A stretch of 64,000 bases of DNA, taken from Terriglobales bacterium (GTDB taxonomy: Bacteria > Acidobacteriota > Terriglobia > Terriglobales > Acidobacteriaceae). The stretch is taken from contig DASYVL010000055.1 of NCBI GenBank assembly GCA_035937135.1, positions 507 to 64,506 of the forward strand. The letters are read 5' to 3'. Below are positions 29,331-37,873 of the stretch, one piece after another. The position numbers and the translations under genes were made by a program. How positions within the stretch are numbered: position 1 is the first letter of the stretch; every line of letters starts with the position of its first letter. The notes beneath the pieces are model-generated. The model searched no databases, was not told the origin of the DNA, and saw only the letters and a program-made list of their open reading frames with translations.

Positions 29331-30914
29331 ATGTCCACGAAATACGACGCCATCATCATCGGTGGGGGCCACAACGGCCTGGTGACTGCCGCCTACCTGG
29401 CGCGCACCGGGAAGAAAGTCCTGGTGCTGGAGCGGCGGCACGTGCTGGGTGGTGCCGCCGTCACCGAAGAAATCTTCCCCGGATTCAAGTTCTCCGTCTG
29501 CTCCTACGTCGTGTCTCTGCTGCGGCCGGAGATCATCCGCGACCTCGACCTGCCGCGCCACGGGATGGAGATCCTGCCGCTCGATGGGACGTTCACTCCC
29601 ATGCCCTCGGGCGATTACCTGTGGCGGGTGAACGACCACGGGAAGACGCGCCGCGAGATCGCGCGCCACTCCCGGCTCGACGCCGAAGCCTACGAAGAGT
29701 TCGGCAAGGCGATGCTGGAGATGTGCAAGTTCGTGAAGCCCATCCTCAGCATGACGCCGCCCAATCCCACCAAGCTCTCGCCCAGCATGCTGAAGAAGCT
29801 GGCGTTCCTGGGCCGGCGCTTCCAGGGGCTGAGCGCCGAGGACAAGTACCGCCAGGTACAGCTCATGACCATGAGCGCGGTGGACTTTCTCGACCAGTGG
29901 TTCGAGACCGACGTGCTCAAGGCCACCATGTCCGCCTCCGGCATCATCGGGACCTTCCTGGGCGTGCGCTCGCCCGGCACCGCCTACGTGCTGCTGCACC
30001 ACTACATGGGAGAGATCGACGGCGCCTTCCGCTCCTGGGGATTCTCGCGGGGCGGAACTGGCGCCATCTCCAACGCCATCGCCGACGCCGCGCGCGAGGC
30101 GGGCGCGGAGATTCGCACCCAGGCCGGCATCGGGCGCATCCTGGTAAAAAACGGGCGCGCCGTGGGCGTGGCGCTGGAGAATGGCGACGAGTTGTTCGCC
30201 GACGTCGTTTCCTCGAGCGTGGATCCCCGGCTGACCTTCCAGCGCATGATCGAGCCTGAACACCTGCCGCCGGATTTCCTGGAAGAGGTGCGCCGCTACA
30301 AGTTCCGTGGCTCGTCGGGCAAGGTGAACCTGGCGCTCGACGCGCTGCCCGACTTCAAGTGTCTGCCCGGCCCCGGGGCGCACTTGCGCGGCGCCATCTC
30401 CATCTCGCCCAGCGTGGAGTACATGGAGCGCGCCTACGACGACGCCAAGTACGGCAACTACTCGCGCCATCCCTACATTGACGTGGTCATTCCCAGCCTG
30501 ACCGATCCCTCGGTGGCACCGCCGGGCAAGCACGTGATGTCCTGCTTCGTGCAGTACGCTCCCTACAAGCTGGCGGAGGGGAACTGGGACGAGAAGCGTG
30601 AAGCCTTCGGTGACAACGTCATCAACACCGTGGCCGAGTTTGCGCCCAACCTGAAGAACATCATTATTGGACGCCAGGTGCTGACCCCGCTCGACATGGA
30701 GCGCGACTTCGGGCTGAGCGAGGGCAACATCTTCCAGGGTGAGCTTTCGCTCGAGCAGCTTTTCTTCCTGCGCCCGGTGCCGGGATGGGCGCAGTACCGC
30801 ACGCCCATCAAGAACCTTTATATGTGCGGCTCGGCGACGCATCCGGGCGGCGGCATCATGGGCGCGCCGGGAAGGCTGGCAGCGCTCGAGATCCTCAAGG
30901 ACTGGGGCGGGTAG
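29331..30914 (+). CDS. NAD(P)/FAD-dependent oxidoreductase, phytoene-desaturase (CrtI)-like / PYROXD2-like, paralogue 1
   Basis: The dinucleotide fold is YDAIIIGGGHNGLVTAAYLARTGKKVLVLERRHVLGGAA. The C-terminal motif is LYMCGSATHPGGGIMGAPG. Confidence 0.8.
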   Translation: MSTKYDAIIIGGGHNGLVTAAYLARTGKKVLVLERRHVLGGAAVTEEIFPGFKFSVCSYVVSLLRPEIIRDLDLPRHGMEILPLDGTFTPMPSGDYLWRVNDHGKTRREIARHSRLDAEAYEEFGKAMLEMCKFVKPILSMTPPNPTKLSPSMLKKLAFLGRRFQGLSAEDKYRQVQLMTMSAVDFLDQWFETDVLKATMSASGIIGTFLGVRSPGTAYVLLHHYMGEIDGAFRSWGFSRGGTGAISNAIADAAREAGAEIRTQAGIGRILVKNGRAVGVALENGDELFADVVSSSVDPRLTFQRMIEPEHLPPDFLEEVRRYKFRGSSGKVNLALDALPDFKCLPGPGAHLRGAISISPSVEYMERAYDDAKYGNYSRHPYIDVVIPSLTDPSVAPPGKHVMSCFVQYAPYKLAEGNWDEKREAFGDNVINTVAEFAPNLKNIIIGRQVLTPLDMERDFGLSEGNIFQGELSLEQLFFLRPVPGWAQYRTPIKNLYMCGSATHPGGGIMGAPGRLAALEILKDWGG

Positions 30915-30923
30915 GCGGCCGCC

Positions 30924-32498
30924 ATGCGCGACATCGTCATCATCGGCGGAGGGCACAACGCGCTGGTCGCCGCCTTCTACTTGGCGCGCGCGGGACAGAA
31001 GCCGCTGGTGCTGGAGCGGCGCTCGGTCGCGGGCGGCGCCGCCGTCACCGAAGAGTTCCACCCGGGCTTCCGCTGCTCGGCGTTGGCGCACGCTGCCGGG
31101 CCGGTGGACGCGCGCATCCTGCGCGATATGGGTCTCGACGCCGTGGCCATGGTCCGCCCCGACCCGCGCCTGGCGGGGCTTCCCTCCCCGCCCGACGGCC
31201 GCGCCGTCGTCTTCTATGAAGACGATGCGCGCACGGCTGCGAGCATTGCCAGAGTCTCGGCGCACGACGCCAAGAGCTATCCCGAGTTCCACCGCACACT
31301 GAAGGGCCTGGCCGCAGTCGTGGCGCAGGTGTGTGCCACTACGCCGCCGGACATCGACCATCCCTCGGCGGGCGATCTTTGGGCGATGCTCAAGGCCGGG
31401 AAGGGTTTCCGCAAGCTGGGCGAGAAGGGGATGTTCCGCCTGCTGCGCTGGGGACCGATGGCGGTGGCCGACCTGGTGGCGGAGTTCTTCGAGAACGAGC
31501 TGGTGCGCGCCGCCATCGCCGCCCGCGGAATCTTTGGGACGAACTTCGGGCCGTGGTCGGCGGGCTCGAGCGCGGTGCTGCTGTTGCGCGCCGCCGCGGA
31601 TTCGCATCCCGCGGGCTCCTCGATTTTCCCCCGCGGCGGCATGGGCGCGCTCACCCAGGCCATGGCTGCGGCGGCGACGAACGCGGGCGCGGAGATCCGC
31701 ACAGGCGCCGAGGTCGCGCAGATTGCCGTGAAAGATGGCGTCGCGACCGGCGTCGTTCTGAAAAGCGGCGGAGAGATTGCGGCGAAGGCGGTCATCTCCG
31801 GCGCCGACCCCCGGCGAACCTTCCTCGGCCTGCTCGACCCGGCGCACCTTACGCCCGACTTCCTGGGGAAGATGCAGAACTACCGCGTCCACGGGACGAT
31901 GGCCAAGGTCAACCTGGCGCTTTCGGCCCTGCCGGATTTCCCGGCGCTTGCCGAAGCGGGCGCGCAGGCACTGACCGGGCGCATCCACATCGGTCCGGAG
32001 ATCGATTACCTGGAGCGCGCCTTCGACGACTCGAAGTACGGCGATTTCTCGCGCCAGCCCTATCTCGATGTGATGATTCCCAGCGTTTCGGATTCATCGC
32101 TCGCGCCCGCAGGGTCGCACGTGATGTCCGTGTGCGTGCAGTTCGCGCCCTACAAGCTGAAAAACGGCGATTGGAAGAGCCGGCACGACGAGTTGGGCGA
32201 CGTCGCGGTGAAAACCCTCGCTGCTTATGCGCCCAAACTTCCGCAGCAGATTGTAGCGCGACAGATCATCACGCCTTTGGACCTGGAAGAAAGTTACGGG
32301 CTGACCGGTGGGCACATCTTTCACGGCGAGCTGGCGCTCGACCAGCTCTTCACCATGCGTCCGCTGCTGGGCTGGGCGCGGTACGCCACGCCGATCGAGA
32401 GCCTCTATCTGTGCAGCTCCGGTACGCATCCCGGCACGGGGCTGACGGGGATTTCCGGCGCGAACGCCGCGCGGGAGATTCTGAAGCGCCTGCGGTAG
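30924..32498 (+). CDS. NAD(P)/FAD-dependent oxidoreductase, CrtI-like / PYROXD2-like, paralogue 2
   Basis: IVIIGGGHNALVAAFYLARAGQKPLVLERRSVAGGAA and the C-terminal LYLCSSGTHPGTGLTGISG are collinear with the upstream gene. Confidence 0.8.
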   Translation: MRDIVIIGGGHNALVAAFYLARAGQKPLVLERRSVAGGAAVTEEFHPGFRCSALAHAAGPVDARILRDMGLDAVAMVRPDPRLAGLPSPPDGRAVVFYEDDARTAASIARVSAHDAKSYPEFHRTLKGLAAVVAQVCATTPPDIDHPSAGDLWAMLKAGKGFRKLGEKGMFRLLRWGPMAVADLVAEFFENELVRAAIAARGIFGTNFGPWSAGSSAVLLLRAAADSHPAGSSIFPRGGMGALTQAMAAAATNAGAEIRTGAEVAQIAVKDGVATGVVLKSGGEIAAKAVISGADPRRTFLGLLDPAHLTPDFLGKMQNYRVHGTMAKVNLALSALPDFPALAEAGAQALTGRIHIGPEIDYLERAFDDSKYGDFSRQPYLDVMIPSVSDSSLAPAGSHVMSVCVQFAPYKLKNGDWKSRHDELGDVAVKTLAAYAPKLPQQIVARQIITPLDLEESYGLTGGHIFHGELALDQLFTMRPLLGWARYATPIESLYLCSSGTHPGTGLTGISGANAAREILKRLR

Positions 32499-32538
32499 CG
32501 CCGACCTCCCGCGCTACCATCGGCGGCAAGGAGACCTG

Positions 32539-33126
32539 ATGGCAATGGAAGTGAGGGTGGGCGGTCCGGCCCCCGAGTTTGTCTACATCACTGCTTCCGG
32601 CGAGCAGAAGCGTCTCTCCGCTCTCTGGGCGGGGCGGCCGGCACTGGTGCTGTGGCTGCGGCACTTCGGTTGACAGTTCTACGCCGAGATACTCGCGCAG
32701 TTGCGCGAGAAGCAAAGCGAGTTCGAGAAGCGGCGAGTCGCCCTGGCCTGCGTGGTGCAGGGCACGGCGGCGGAAGCAGCGGTCTTCTGCGGCCGGCATG
32801 GGGTGGAGGCGCTCTGCATCCCTGATCCCGAGCGCGAGAGCTACCGCGCCTTGGGCCTGGGCCGCGCCTCGTGGCGGGAGATCCTGTTCGCCTCCGCGGA
32901 CCTGAAGCGTCGCCGCGCCGAAGCCAAGCAGGCCGGATGCAGCAACAAGCTCGAGGGCGCGCGCCAGAAGCACAGCGACATCCTGCAGCTCTCCGGCGCG
33001 GCGCTGGTGGCGGCGGGTGGCACCGTCCTATGGCTGCACCGCTCGCGCCACACCGGCGACTTGCCGTCGGCGGAGGAGCTTCTGGGGATTGTTGGGAAGT
33101 TTCTACCCTCGGCGCCGGTTGCCTAA
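32539..33126 (+). CDS. Peroxiredoxin-like (AhpC/TSA_2, PRXL2-type) thioredoxin-fold protein with in-frame TGA at 32671-32673. This is a candidate selenoprotein (195 aa with U45).
   Basis: AAGGAG lies 5 nt before ATG 32539. Forty-four sense codons, MAMEVRVGGPAPEFVYITASGEQKRLSALWAGRPALVLWLRHFG, are followed by TGA. The same frame then continues as QFYAEILAQLREKQSEF... into track ORF 32701..33126. The TGA aligns with the redox Cys of the R-x-x-G-C-x-x-C motif. Confidence 0.6.
32692..32709 (+). promoter_or_regulatory. Candidate bacterial SECIS hairpin
   Basis: CUCGCGC-AGUU-GCGCGAG is a perfect 7-bp stem with a 4-nt loop containing G. It starts 18 nt after UGA 32671-32673. Confidence 0.5.
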
Positions 33127-34226
33127 AGGGCCGCTTTCAGGTCCGCCGCCAGCAGGCGGTGGAACAAGTGCTCGCCGGCTTCGCGGCGCACGGAGAGGCG
33201 GCCTGCGTTATAGGCGCGGGAGGCCAAGCCGCGCTGCACGCTCTCGCAGATGTTGTGGTCCTCATTCTGCACGCGCCCGCTCACGTCCATGCTCTGACGG
33301 TTGTAGGCGGCGGCCTCCTCACTCACGTCGGCGAAATAGAAATCGAAGATCACGCGCATTCGGTCGAGAGCGAGCGGCAGCACCAGGTTGGTCTCCAGAA
33401 AGCCTTCGTACCAGTTGAGCATCAGGTTGGGATACTGCCAGTAGTAGTAGGCGCGGCCCTTGCGCACGTCCGCCATCCACTGGTCGCCGTTGCCGGACTC
33501 CACCGGGCTGGTCTGCAAGCAAAAGCGGTCCTGGTTCTCGATGGTGTACTCGGTGTAGTTCAGGATGCTGTCCAGGCCCTTGTGCAGGTGAGGGACGTGA
33601 TAGCCGCCGTCGAGGTAGTTGTCCAGGAAGACCTTCCAGTTGCAGTTGAGATCGAAGACGCGGCGCTCGCAAAAGCGCAGCGACGAGAAGCCCAGCGGGC
33701 GGACGCGCTCCACCAGGCTACCGAGAAAATCGGCGAGCGCGAGAGCCTTTGCGTCGAGGTTAACGAAGACAAAGCTCTCCCAGGTTTCCACCCGGATGGG
33801 CGCCAGGCCGTTGGCGGCGCGGTCGAAGTTGCAGACGTCGGTGAACTCCGGCGTACCTCTAAGCGCGCCTTCGAGCGAGTAAGTCCATCCGTGATAGGGG
33901 CAGCGCAGGTTCTGCGCCAGGCCCGTGGGCTCGGTCATGACCGCGGCGGCGTGGTGGCGGCAGACGTTGAAGAAGGCGCGCAGCACTTTGTCGCTGCCGC
34001 GCACCACGACGATGGGCTCGCCCGCGACCTCGCCGGTCACGTACTGGCCGGGCTCGGCGACCTGGTCCACGCGTCCCACCATCTGCCAGGTGCGGCCGAA
34101 GACCGCCTGCCGCTCCAGCTCCGCGATGCGCTCGTCCGTGTACCAGGAGGCGGGAATGGTCGAGGCCTCGGCCAGGGGCAGGGAGGGGTCGTATGCGGAA
34201 ATCAATTCCTTGAGCGGCGGCAGCAT
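33123..34226 (-). CDS. Rieske [2Fe-2S] aromatic-ring-hydroxylating oxygenase alpha subunit (choline-monooxygenase-like)
   Basis: This is the last 368 codons of ORF 33123..34556, starting at ATG 34226. The Rieske motif is CRHHAAAV...CPYHGW. The mononuclear iron region is NWKVFLDNYLDGGYHVPHLH. Confidence 0.85.
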   Translation of the reverse strand: MLPPLKELISAYDPSLPLAEASTIPASWYTDERIAELERQAVFGRTWQMVGRVDQVAEPGQYVTGEVAGEPIVVVRGSDKVLRAFFNVCRHHAAAVMTEPTGLAQNLRCPYHGWTYSLEGALRGTPEFTDVCNFDRAANGLAPIRVETWESFVFVNLDAKALALADFLGSLVERVRPLGFSSLRFCERRVFDLNCNWKVFLDNYLDGGYHVPHLHKGLDSILNYTEYTIENQDRFCLQTSPVESGNGDQWMADVRKGRAYYYWQYPNLMLNWYEGFLETNLVLPLALDRMRVIFDFYFADVSEEAAAYNRQSMDVSGRVQNEDHNICESVQRGLASRAYNAGRLSVRREAGEHLFHRLLAADLKAAL

Positions 34227-34280
34227 TTCGGCTCCAAGAGCGCGATTTGGCCCTACGATGTTACAGGAGGAGACGACCCC

Positions 34281-34631
34281 ATGAGCATCCTTCGCATGTC
34301 GCGCCTGCTGGACGAACAAAAAGAGGCCGGGCGCCCCTACCTGGAGTTCCTGCACACCGGGAACATGAGCGCCGGCATCTATGTGCTGCCCGCGGGCGCC
34401 GCCGACCTGCAAAAGCCGCACGCGGAAGAGGAGATCTACTACGTCATCCGCGGGCGCGCCTTCTTCTGGCGCATGACCGCGGCGGGGCCGGAGGAGGAGG
34501 CCGTCGAAGCGGGCACGGTGCTCTACGTGGCCGCCGGCAAGGAGCACCGCTTCCACTCCGTCGCCGAGGAGCTGGTGCTGCTGGTGTGCTTCGCGCCGCC
34601 CGAGGCCGCCTCGACAGGCAGCGGAAATTAG
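34281..34631 (+). CDS. Cupin domain protein
   Basis: AGGAGGA lies 8 nt upstream of ATG 34281. HAEEEIYYVIRGRA...VEAGTVLYVAAGKEHRFH are cupin motifs 1 and 2. It forms the C-terminal part of the spurious long ORF 32871..34631. Confidence 0.75.
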   Translation: MSILRMSRLLDEQKEAGRPYLEFLHTGNMSAGIYVLPAGAADLQKPHAEEEIYYVIRGRAFFWRMTAAGPEEEAVEAGTVLYVAAGKEHRFHSVAEELVLLVCFAPPEAASTGSGN

Positions 34632-34663
34632 CCTGTAGTAGCATCGCCGGGCTCGGAGGTGCG

Positions 34664-36298
34664 ATGAAAGCCGGCATGATGGATTATCCCCTCACGCTCC
34701 CGCACCTGCTGGAGCGCGCCGGTAAACTCTTCCCCCAGGTGGAGATCGTCTCCCGGCGGCCTGACCGCTCGCTCCACCGTTATACCTACGCCGACTTCCA
34801 CCGCCGGGCGCGCCGGCTGGCCGCGGCCCTCGAAAAAGCCGGGCTCCAGCCGGGTGAACGCGTGGCCACGCTGATGTGGAACCACTCCACCCACCTGGAA
34901 TGCTACTTTGGCATCCCCGCCGCCGCCGGCGTGGTGCACACGCTGAACCTGCGGCTGCACCCCTCGGAGCTGGCCTACATCGTCAATCACGCCGAGGACC
35001 GGTTCCTCATCGTGGACGACGTGCTGCTGCCGCTGTTTGAGAGCTTCCGCGACCAGGTGAAGCCGGAGCGCGTGCTGGTAGCGCCCACCACCGGCCAGTC
35101 GGTCGCGGCGCAGTATGAGAGCTACGAGGACTTCCTCGCGCGGGGAGACGACAGCTTCTCCTATCCCGCGCTCGATGAGAACGATGCCGCGGCCATGTGC
35201 TACACCTCGGGCACCACCGGCAAGCCCAAGGGAGTGCTCTACTCCCACCGCGCGCTGGCGCTGCACTCCTTCGCCTTCGCACTGCCGGACGCCATGGCCA
35301 TCTCGCAGCACGACTCCATCCTCATCACCCAGCCCATGTTCCACGCCAACGCTTGGGGCGTACCCTTTTCCGCCATCCTGTGCGGCAGCAAGCTGGTGTT
35401 CCCCGGACCGTATCTGGACGCCGCCAGCCTGATCGAGCTGCTGGAGAAGGAGCGCGTCACCTTCACCGGCGGCGTGCCTACGGTGTGGCTGCGCGTCCTA
35501 GAGGCGCTCGACGCCGACCCGGCGCTGTGGAAGCCGCCGGCGGGCATGCGCATCATCGTGGCGGGCTCGGCCGCGCCCGAATCCATACTGCGCCGCTTCG
35601 ACCAGATGGGCGTGCGCATGATCCACTTCTGGGGCATGACGGAGATCACGCCCGCGGGCACCGTCTCCCGTCTGAAGAAGCACATGATGGAGTGGCCGGA
35701 GGCCAAGCAGTACGAGACGCGCCTCAAGCAGGGCATGGCGCTGCCTTTCGTGGATGTCCGGGTGATGACCCCTGACGGCGAGGCGCCCTGGGACGGCGAG
35801 ACGCTGGGCGAGTTGCAGGTGCGCGGCCCGTGGGTGGCCGCCAGCTATTTTCGCCAACCCGAGGAGAGCGACAAGTGGACCGCCGACGGCTGGTTCCGCA
35901 CCGGCGACGTGGTCTCGATCGACGCCGAGGGCTACGTGCGCATCGCCGACCGCAGCAAGGACCTGATCAAATCCGGCGGCGAGTGGATCAGCTCGGTGGA
36001 CTTGGAGAACGCGCTGGTGGGCCACGCGGCGGTGGCCGAAGCCGCGGTCGTCGCCGTGCCGCATCCCACATGGCAGGAGCGCCCGCTGGCGGCAGTGGTG
36101 CTCAAGCCGGGCGCTGCGGCTACCGCTGACGAGCTGCGCGACTTCCTTGCGGCGCGCTTTGCCAAGTGGCAGCTCCCGGAGGCCATCGTCTTCGTCAACG
36201 AGCTTCCCCACACCTCGACCGGGAAGCTGCTGAAGTCGCGCCTGCGCGAGCAGTACCGCGGCTGGGAGTGGAAGCGCCCGGCGGAATCCGGCCGCTGA
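34664..36298 (+). CDS. AMP-dependent acyl-CoA synthetase/ligase (long-chain fatty-acid-CoA ligase-like)
   Basis: The AMP-binding motif is MCYTSGTTGKPKGV, followed by FHANAWG, WGMTE, GWFRTGD and SGGEWISS. The C-terminal PHTSTGKLLK is present. The start is ATG 34664, after GGAGG. Confidence 0.85.
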   Translation: MKAGMMDYPLTLPHLLERAGKLFPQVEIVSRRPDRSLHRYTYADFHRRARRLAAALEKAGLQPGERVATLMWNHSTHLECYFGIPAAAGVVHTLNLRLHPSELAYIVNHAEDRFLIVDDVLLPLFESFRDQVKPERVLVAPTTGQSVAAQYESYEDFLARGDDSFSYPALDENDAAAMCYTSGTTGKPKGVLYSHRALALHSFAFALPDAMAISQHDSILITQPMFHANAWGVPFSAILCGSKLVFPGPYLDAASLIELLEKERVTFTGGVPTVWLRVLEALDADPALWKPPAGMRIIVAGSAAPESILRRFDQMGVRMIHFWGMTEITPAGTVSRLKKHMMEWPEAKQYETRLKQGMALPFVDVRVMTPDGEAPWDGETLGELQVRGPWVAASYFRQPEESDKWTADGWFRTGDVVSIDAEGYVRIADRSKDLIKSGGEWISSVDLENALVGHAAVAEAAVVAVPHPTWQERPLAAVVLKPGAAATADELRDFLAARFAKWQLPEAIVFVNELPHTSTGKLLKSRLREQYRGWEWKRPAESGR

Positions 36299-36299
36299 A

Positions 36300-37691
36300 T
36301 CAGGCGGCGCGGGATTTCCTGAAAAACTTGAAGGCCAGATAGAGCGGGTAGCTCAGGGCGAGCACTCCCACGGCGTAGAGGCTGTTTTTCCGGTCGCCGG
36401 CGATGGCGCCTGCCAGAAACGCCAGCGAGAGGAAGAGGGCCAGGCCGGTGGTCCACGGGTATCCCCAGGCGCGGTAGGGACGCTCGGTGGCGGGCTCGCG
36501 GCGGCGCAAGATGAAGACCGCGGTGTAGGCCATGGCGTAGTCGGCGACGAAAAAGAACGCGAGCACGGAGGCCACGAGGTTGAACGAGCCGCTGAGGATG
36601 AAGGCCACCGCCACCACCGTGCTCAGGAAGAGCGCGACCGTCGGCGTCCCGCCCTTGTTGGCGACCGCTACCTGGGGGAAGAACAGCCGGTCGCGCGACA
36701 TGGTGTAAACGATGCGGCTGGCCATCAAGTGGTAGGCGTTGATACCGCTGAGCATGGAGAGGATGGCCAGCGCCAGGATGATGGTCATGCCGTGCGAACC
36801 GAAGACAGCGTTGGCCGCCGTGCCCACCGCCAGCTTCTGTCCGCTGAGCTCTGTGAGCGGCAGCGCATACACCAGCGCGAGGTTCACCAGGACGTAGATC
36901 CCCATGATGGAGAGCACGCCGCCGATCATGGCGCGCGGGATGTCGCGGCCGGGGTTCTTCACCTCTTCGCCGAAGTAGATGACCCCGTACCAGCCGTCGT
37001 AGGTGTAGATGACCGCTTGCAGCGCCAGCAGCAGCGCGACCAGGAATGACAATCCCCCGGCGAGCTCCGGCGGATGAGGCGGGCCGGGCGTGGGATGGGC
37101 CAGGAAGAAGATGCCGGAGACCAGCGCGATGAATCCCAGCGCCTTGAGCGAGCTGGTGAGGTTCTGGACGAAGCTGCCCCAGGCAATGCCGCGCCACTGC
37201 AAGAGCGCCACGCCCACGGTGACGCCGACGGCGATGTCCACCGTGTAGCCGTTCCAGCGGGGAAAGAGTTCGCCGGCGTATTCGCCGATGACGATGGCGA
37301 CGGCGGCGGTGGTGCCGCATTGCGCCATCCAGTCCGTCCAGCCGATGGCGAAGCCGGCAAAGTCGCCCAGAGCGCGGCGCGCGAAGACGTAGTAGCCGCC
37401 CGAGCGCGGCACCATCGCTCCCAGCTCCGAGATCTGGTAGGCGCCGAGCAGCGCGTAGAGACCGCCGAGGATCCAGACGCCGATGAACATCCAGACGCGC
37501 GGCAGCTCGCCGGCGATCTCCCCCGGGGTGCGCAGGATGCCGGCGCCGATGGTGTTGCCGATGATGACCGCCAGGCCGAATCCCACGCCCAGCACGCGCA
37601 GCAGAGAGCCGCGACCGCGGACAGGGACGAGCGTGGGAGAGTCCGAAGCTGGAGGCGGCTGAGGCGCGGTGGACATGGGACCGTCCGTCAT
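36300..37691 (-). CDS. APC-family amino acid permease
   Basis: About 12 hydrophobic segments are present. VIIGNTIGAGILRTPGEIA and MVPRSGGYYVFARRA are typical APC signatures. Confidence 0.85.
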   Translation of the reverse strand: MTDGPMSTAPQPPPASDSPTLVPVRGRGSLLRVLGVGFGLAVIIGNTIGAGILRTPGEIAGELPRVWMFIGVWILGGLYALLGAYQISELGAMVPRSGGYYVFARRALGDFAGFAIGWTDWMAQCGTTAAVAIVIGEYAGELFPRWNGYTVDIAVGVTVGVALLQWRGIAWGSFVQNLTSSLKALGFIALVSGIFFLAHPTPGPPHPPELAGGLSFLVALLLALQAVIYTYDGWYGVIYFGEEVKNPGRDIPRAMIGGVLSIMGIYVLVNLALVYALPLTELSGQKLAVGTAANAVFGSHGMTIILALAILSMLSGINAYHLMASRIVYTMSRDRLFFPQVAVANKGGTPTVALFLSTVVAVAFILSGSFNLVASVLAFFFVADYAMAYTAVFILRRREPATERPYRAWGYPWTTGLALFLSLAFLAGAIAGDRKNSLYAVGVLALSYPLYLAFKFFRKSRAA

Positions 37692-37843
37692 CCGATGCCC
37701 AGCTCGTCGGGAGATTCGAGAGGCGAGCCGCAGACGCGGCAGATCACCGCCGAGCAGTCGCCGCAGGTGAGCGGGTCAGTGACCTCGCTGGCGCACTTGG
37801 GACAGTAGAGGAGCGCGTCACCCGGCGGCGGCGTTTGAGGCAT
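37688..37843 (-). CDS. 51-aa zinc-ribbon mini-protein, translationally coupled to the permease
   Basis: MPQTPPPGDALLYCPKCASEVTDPLTCGDCSAVICRVCGSPLESPDELGIG has three CxxC pairs and GC-rich third positions. Its stop overlaps the permease ATG by 4 nt. It is the C-terminal part of track ORF 37688..38275. Confidence 0.5.
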   Translation of the reverse strand: MPQTPPPGDALLYCPKCASEVTDPLTCGDCSAVICRVCGSPLESPDELGIG

Positions 37844-37873
37844 AAGGCGTTGGAACTGTAGCATAAAGAAGTA

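Noticed and set aside
28845-31988. A 1047-aa ORF on the minus strand, the longest in the window.
   Set aside because: It lies antisense to the VOC gene and both CrtI-like oxidoreductases, which have clear motifs. Its translation is Arg/Gly/Ala/His/Pro-rich with no motifs, as expected for an off-strand ORF in GC-rich DNA.
32671-32673. Treating the two in-frame TGAs (32671 and 53465-53467) as simple nonsense mutations or pseudogenes.
   Set aside because: I considered this and did not adopt it as the primary reading. Both TGAs fall on the catalytic-Cys column of thioredoxin-fold proteins. Both upstream fragments keep strong SDs and clean coding character. Both TGAs are followed at 10-18 nt by a GC hairpin with G in the loop. 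It remains the alternative if the genome lacks sel genes.
32871-34280. A long plus-strand ORF (586 aa) leading into the cupin gene, and likewise 34247..34663 leading into the acyl-CoA ligase.
   Set aside because: The upstream parts are antisense to the Rieske oxygenase or overlap the cupin gene. Real starts with SD sequences are ATG 34281 and ATG 34664.
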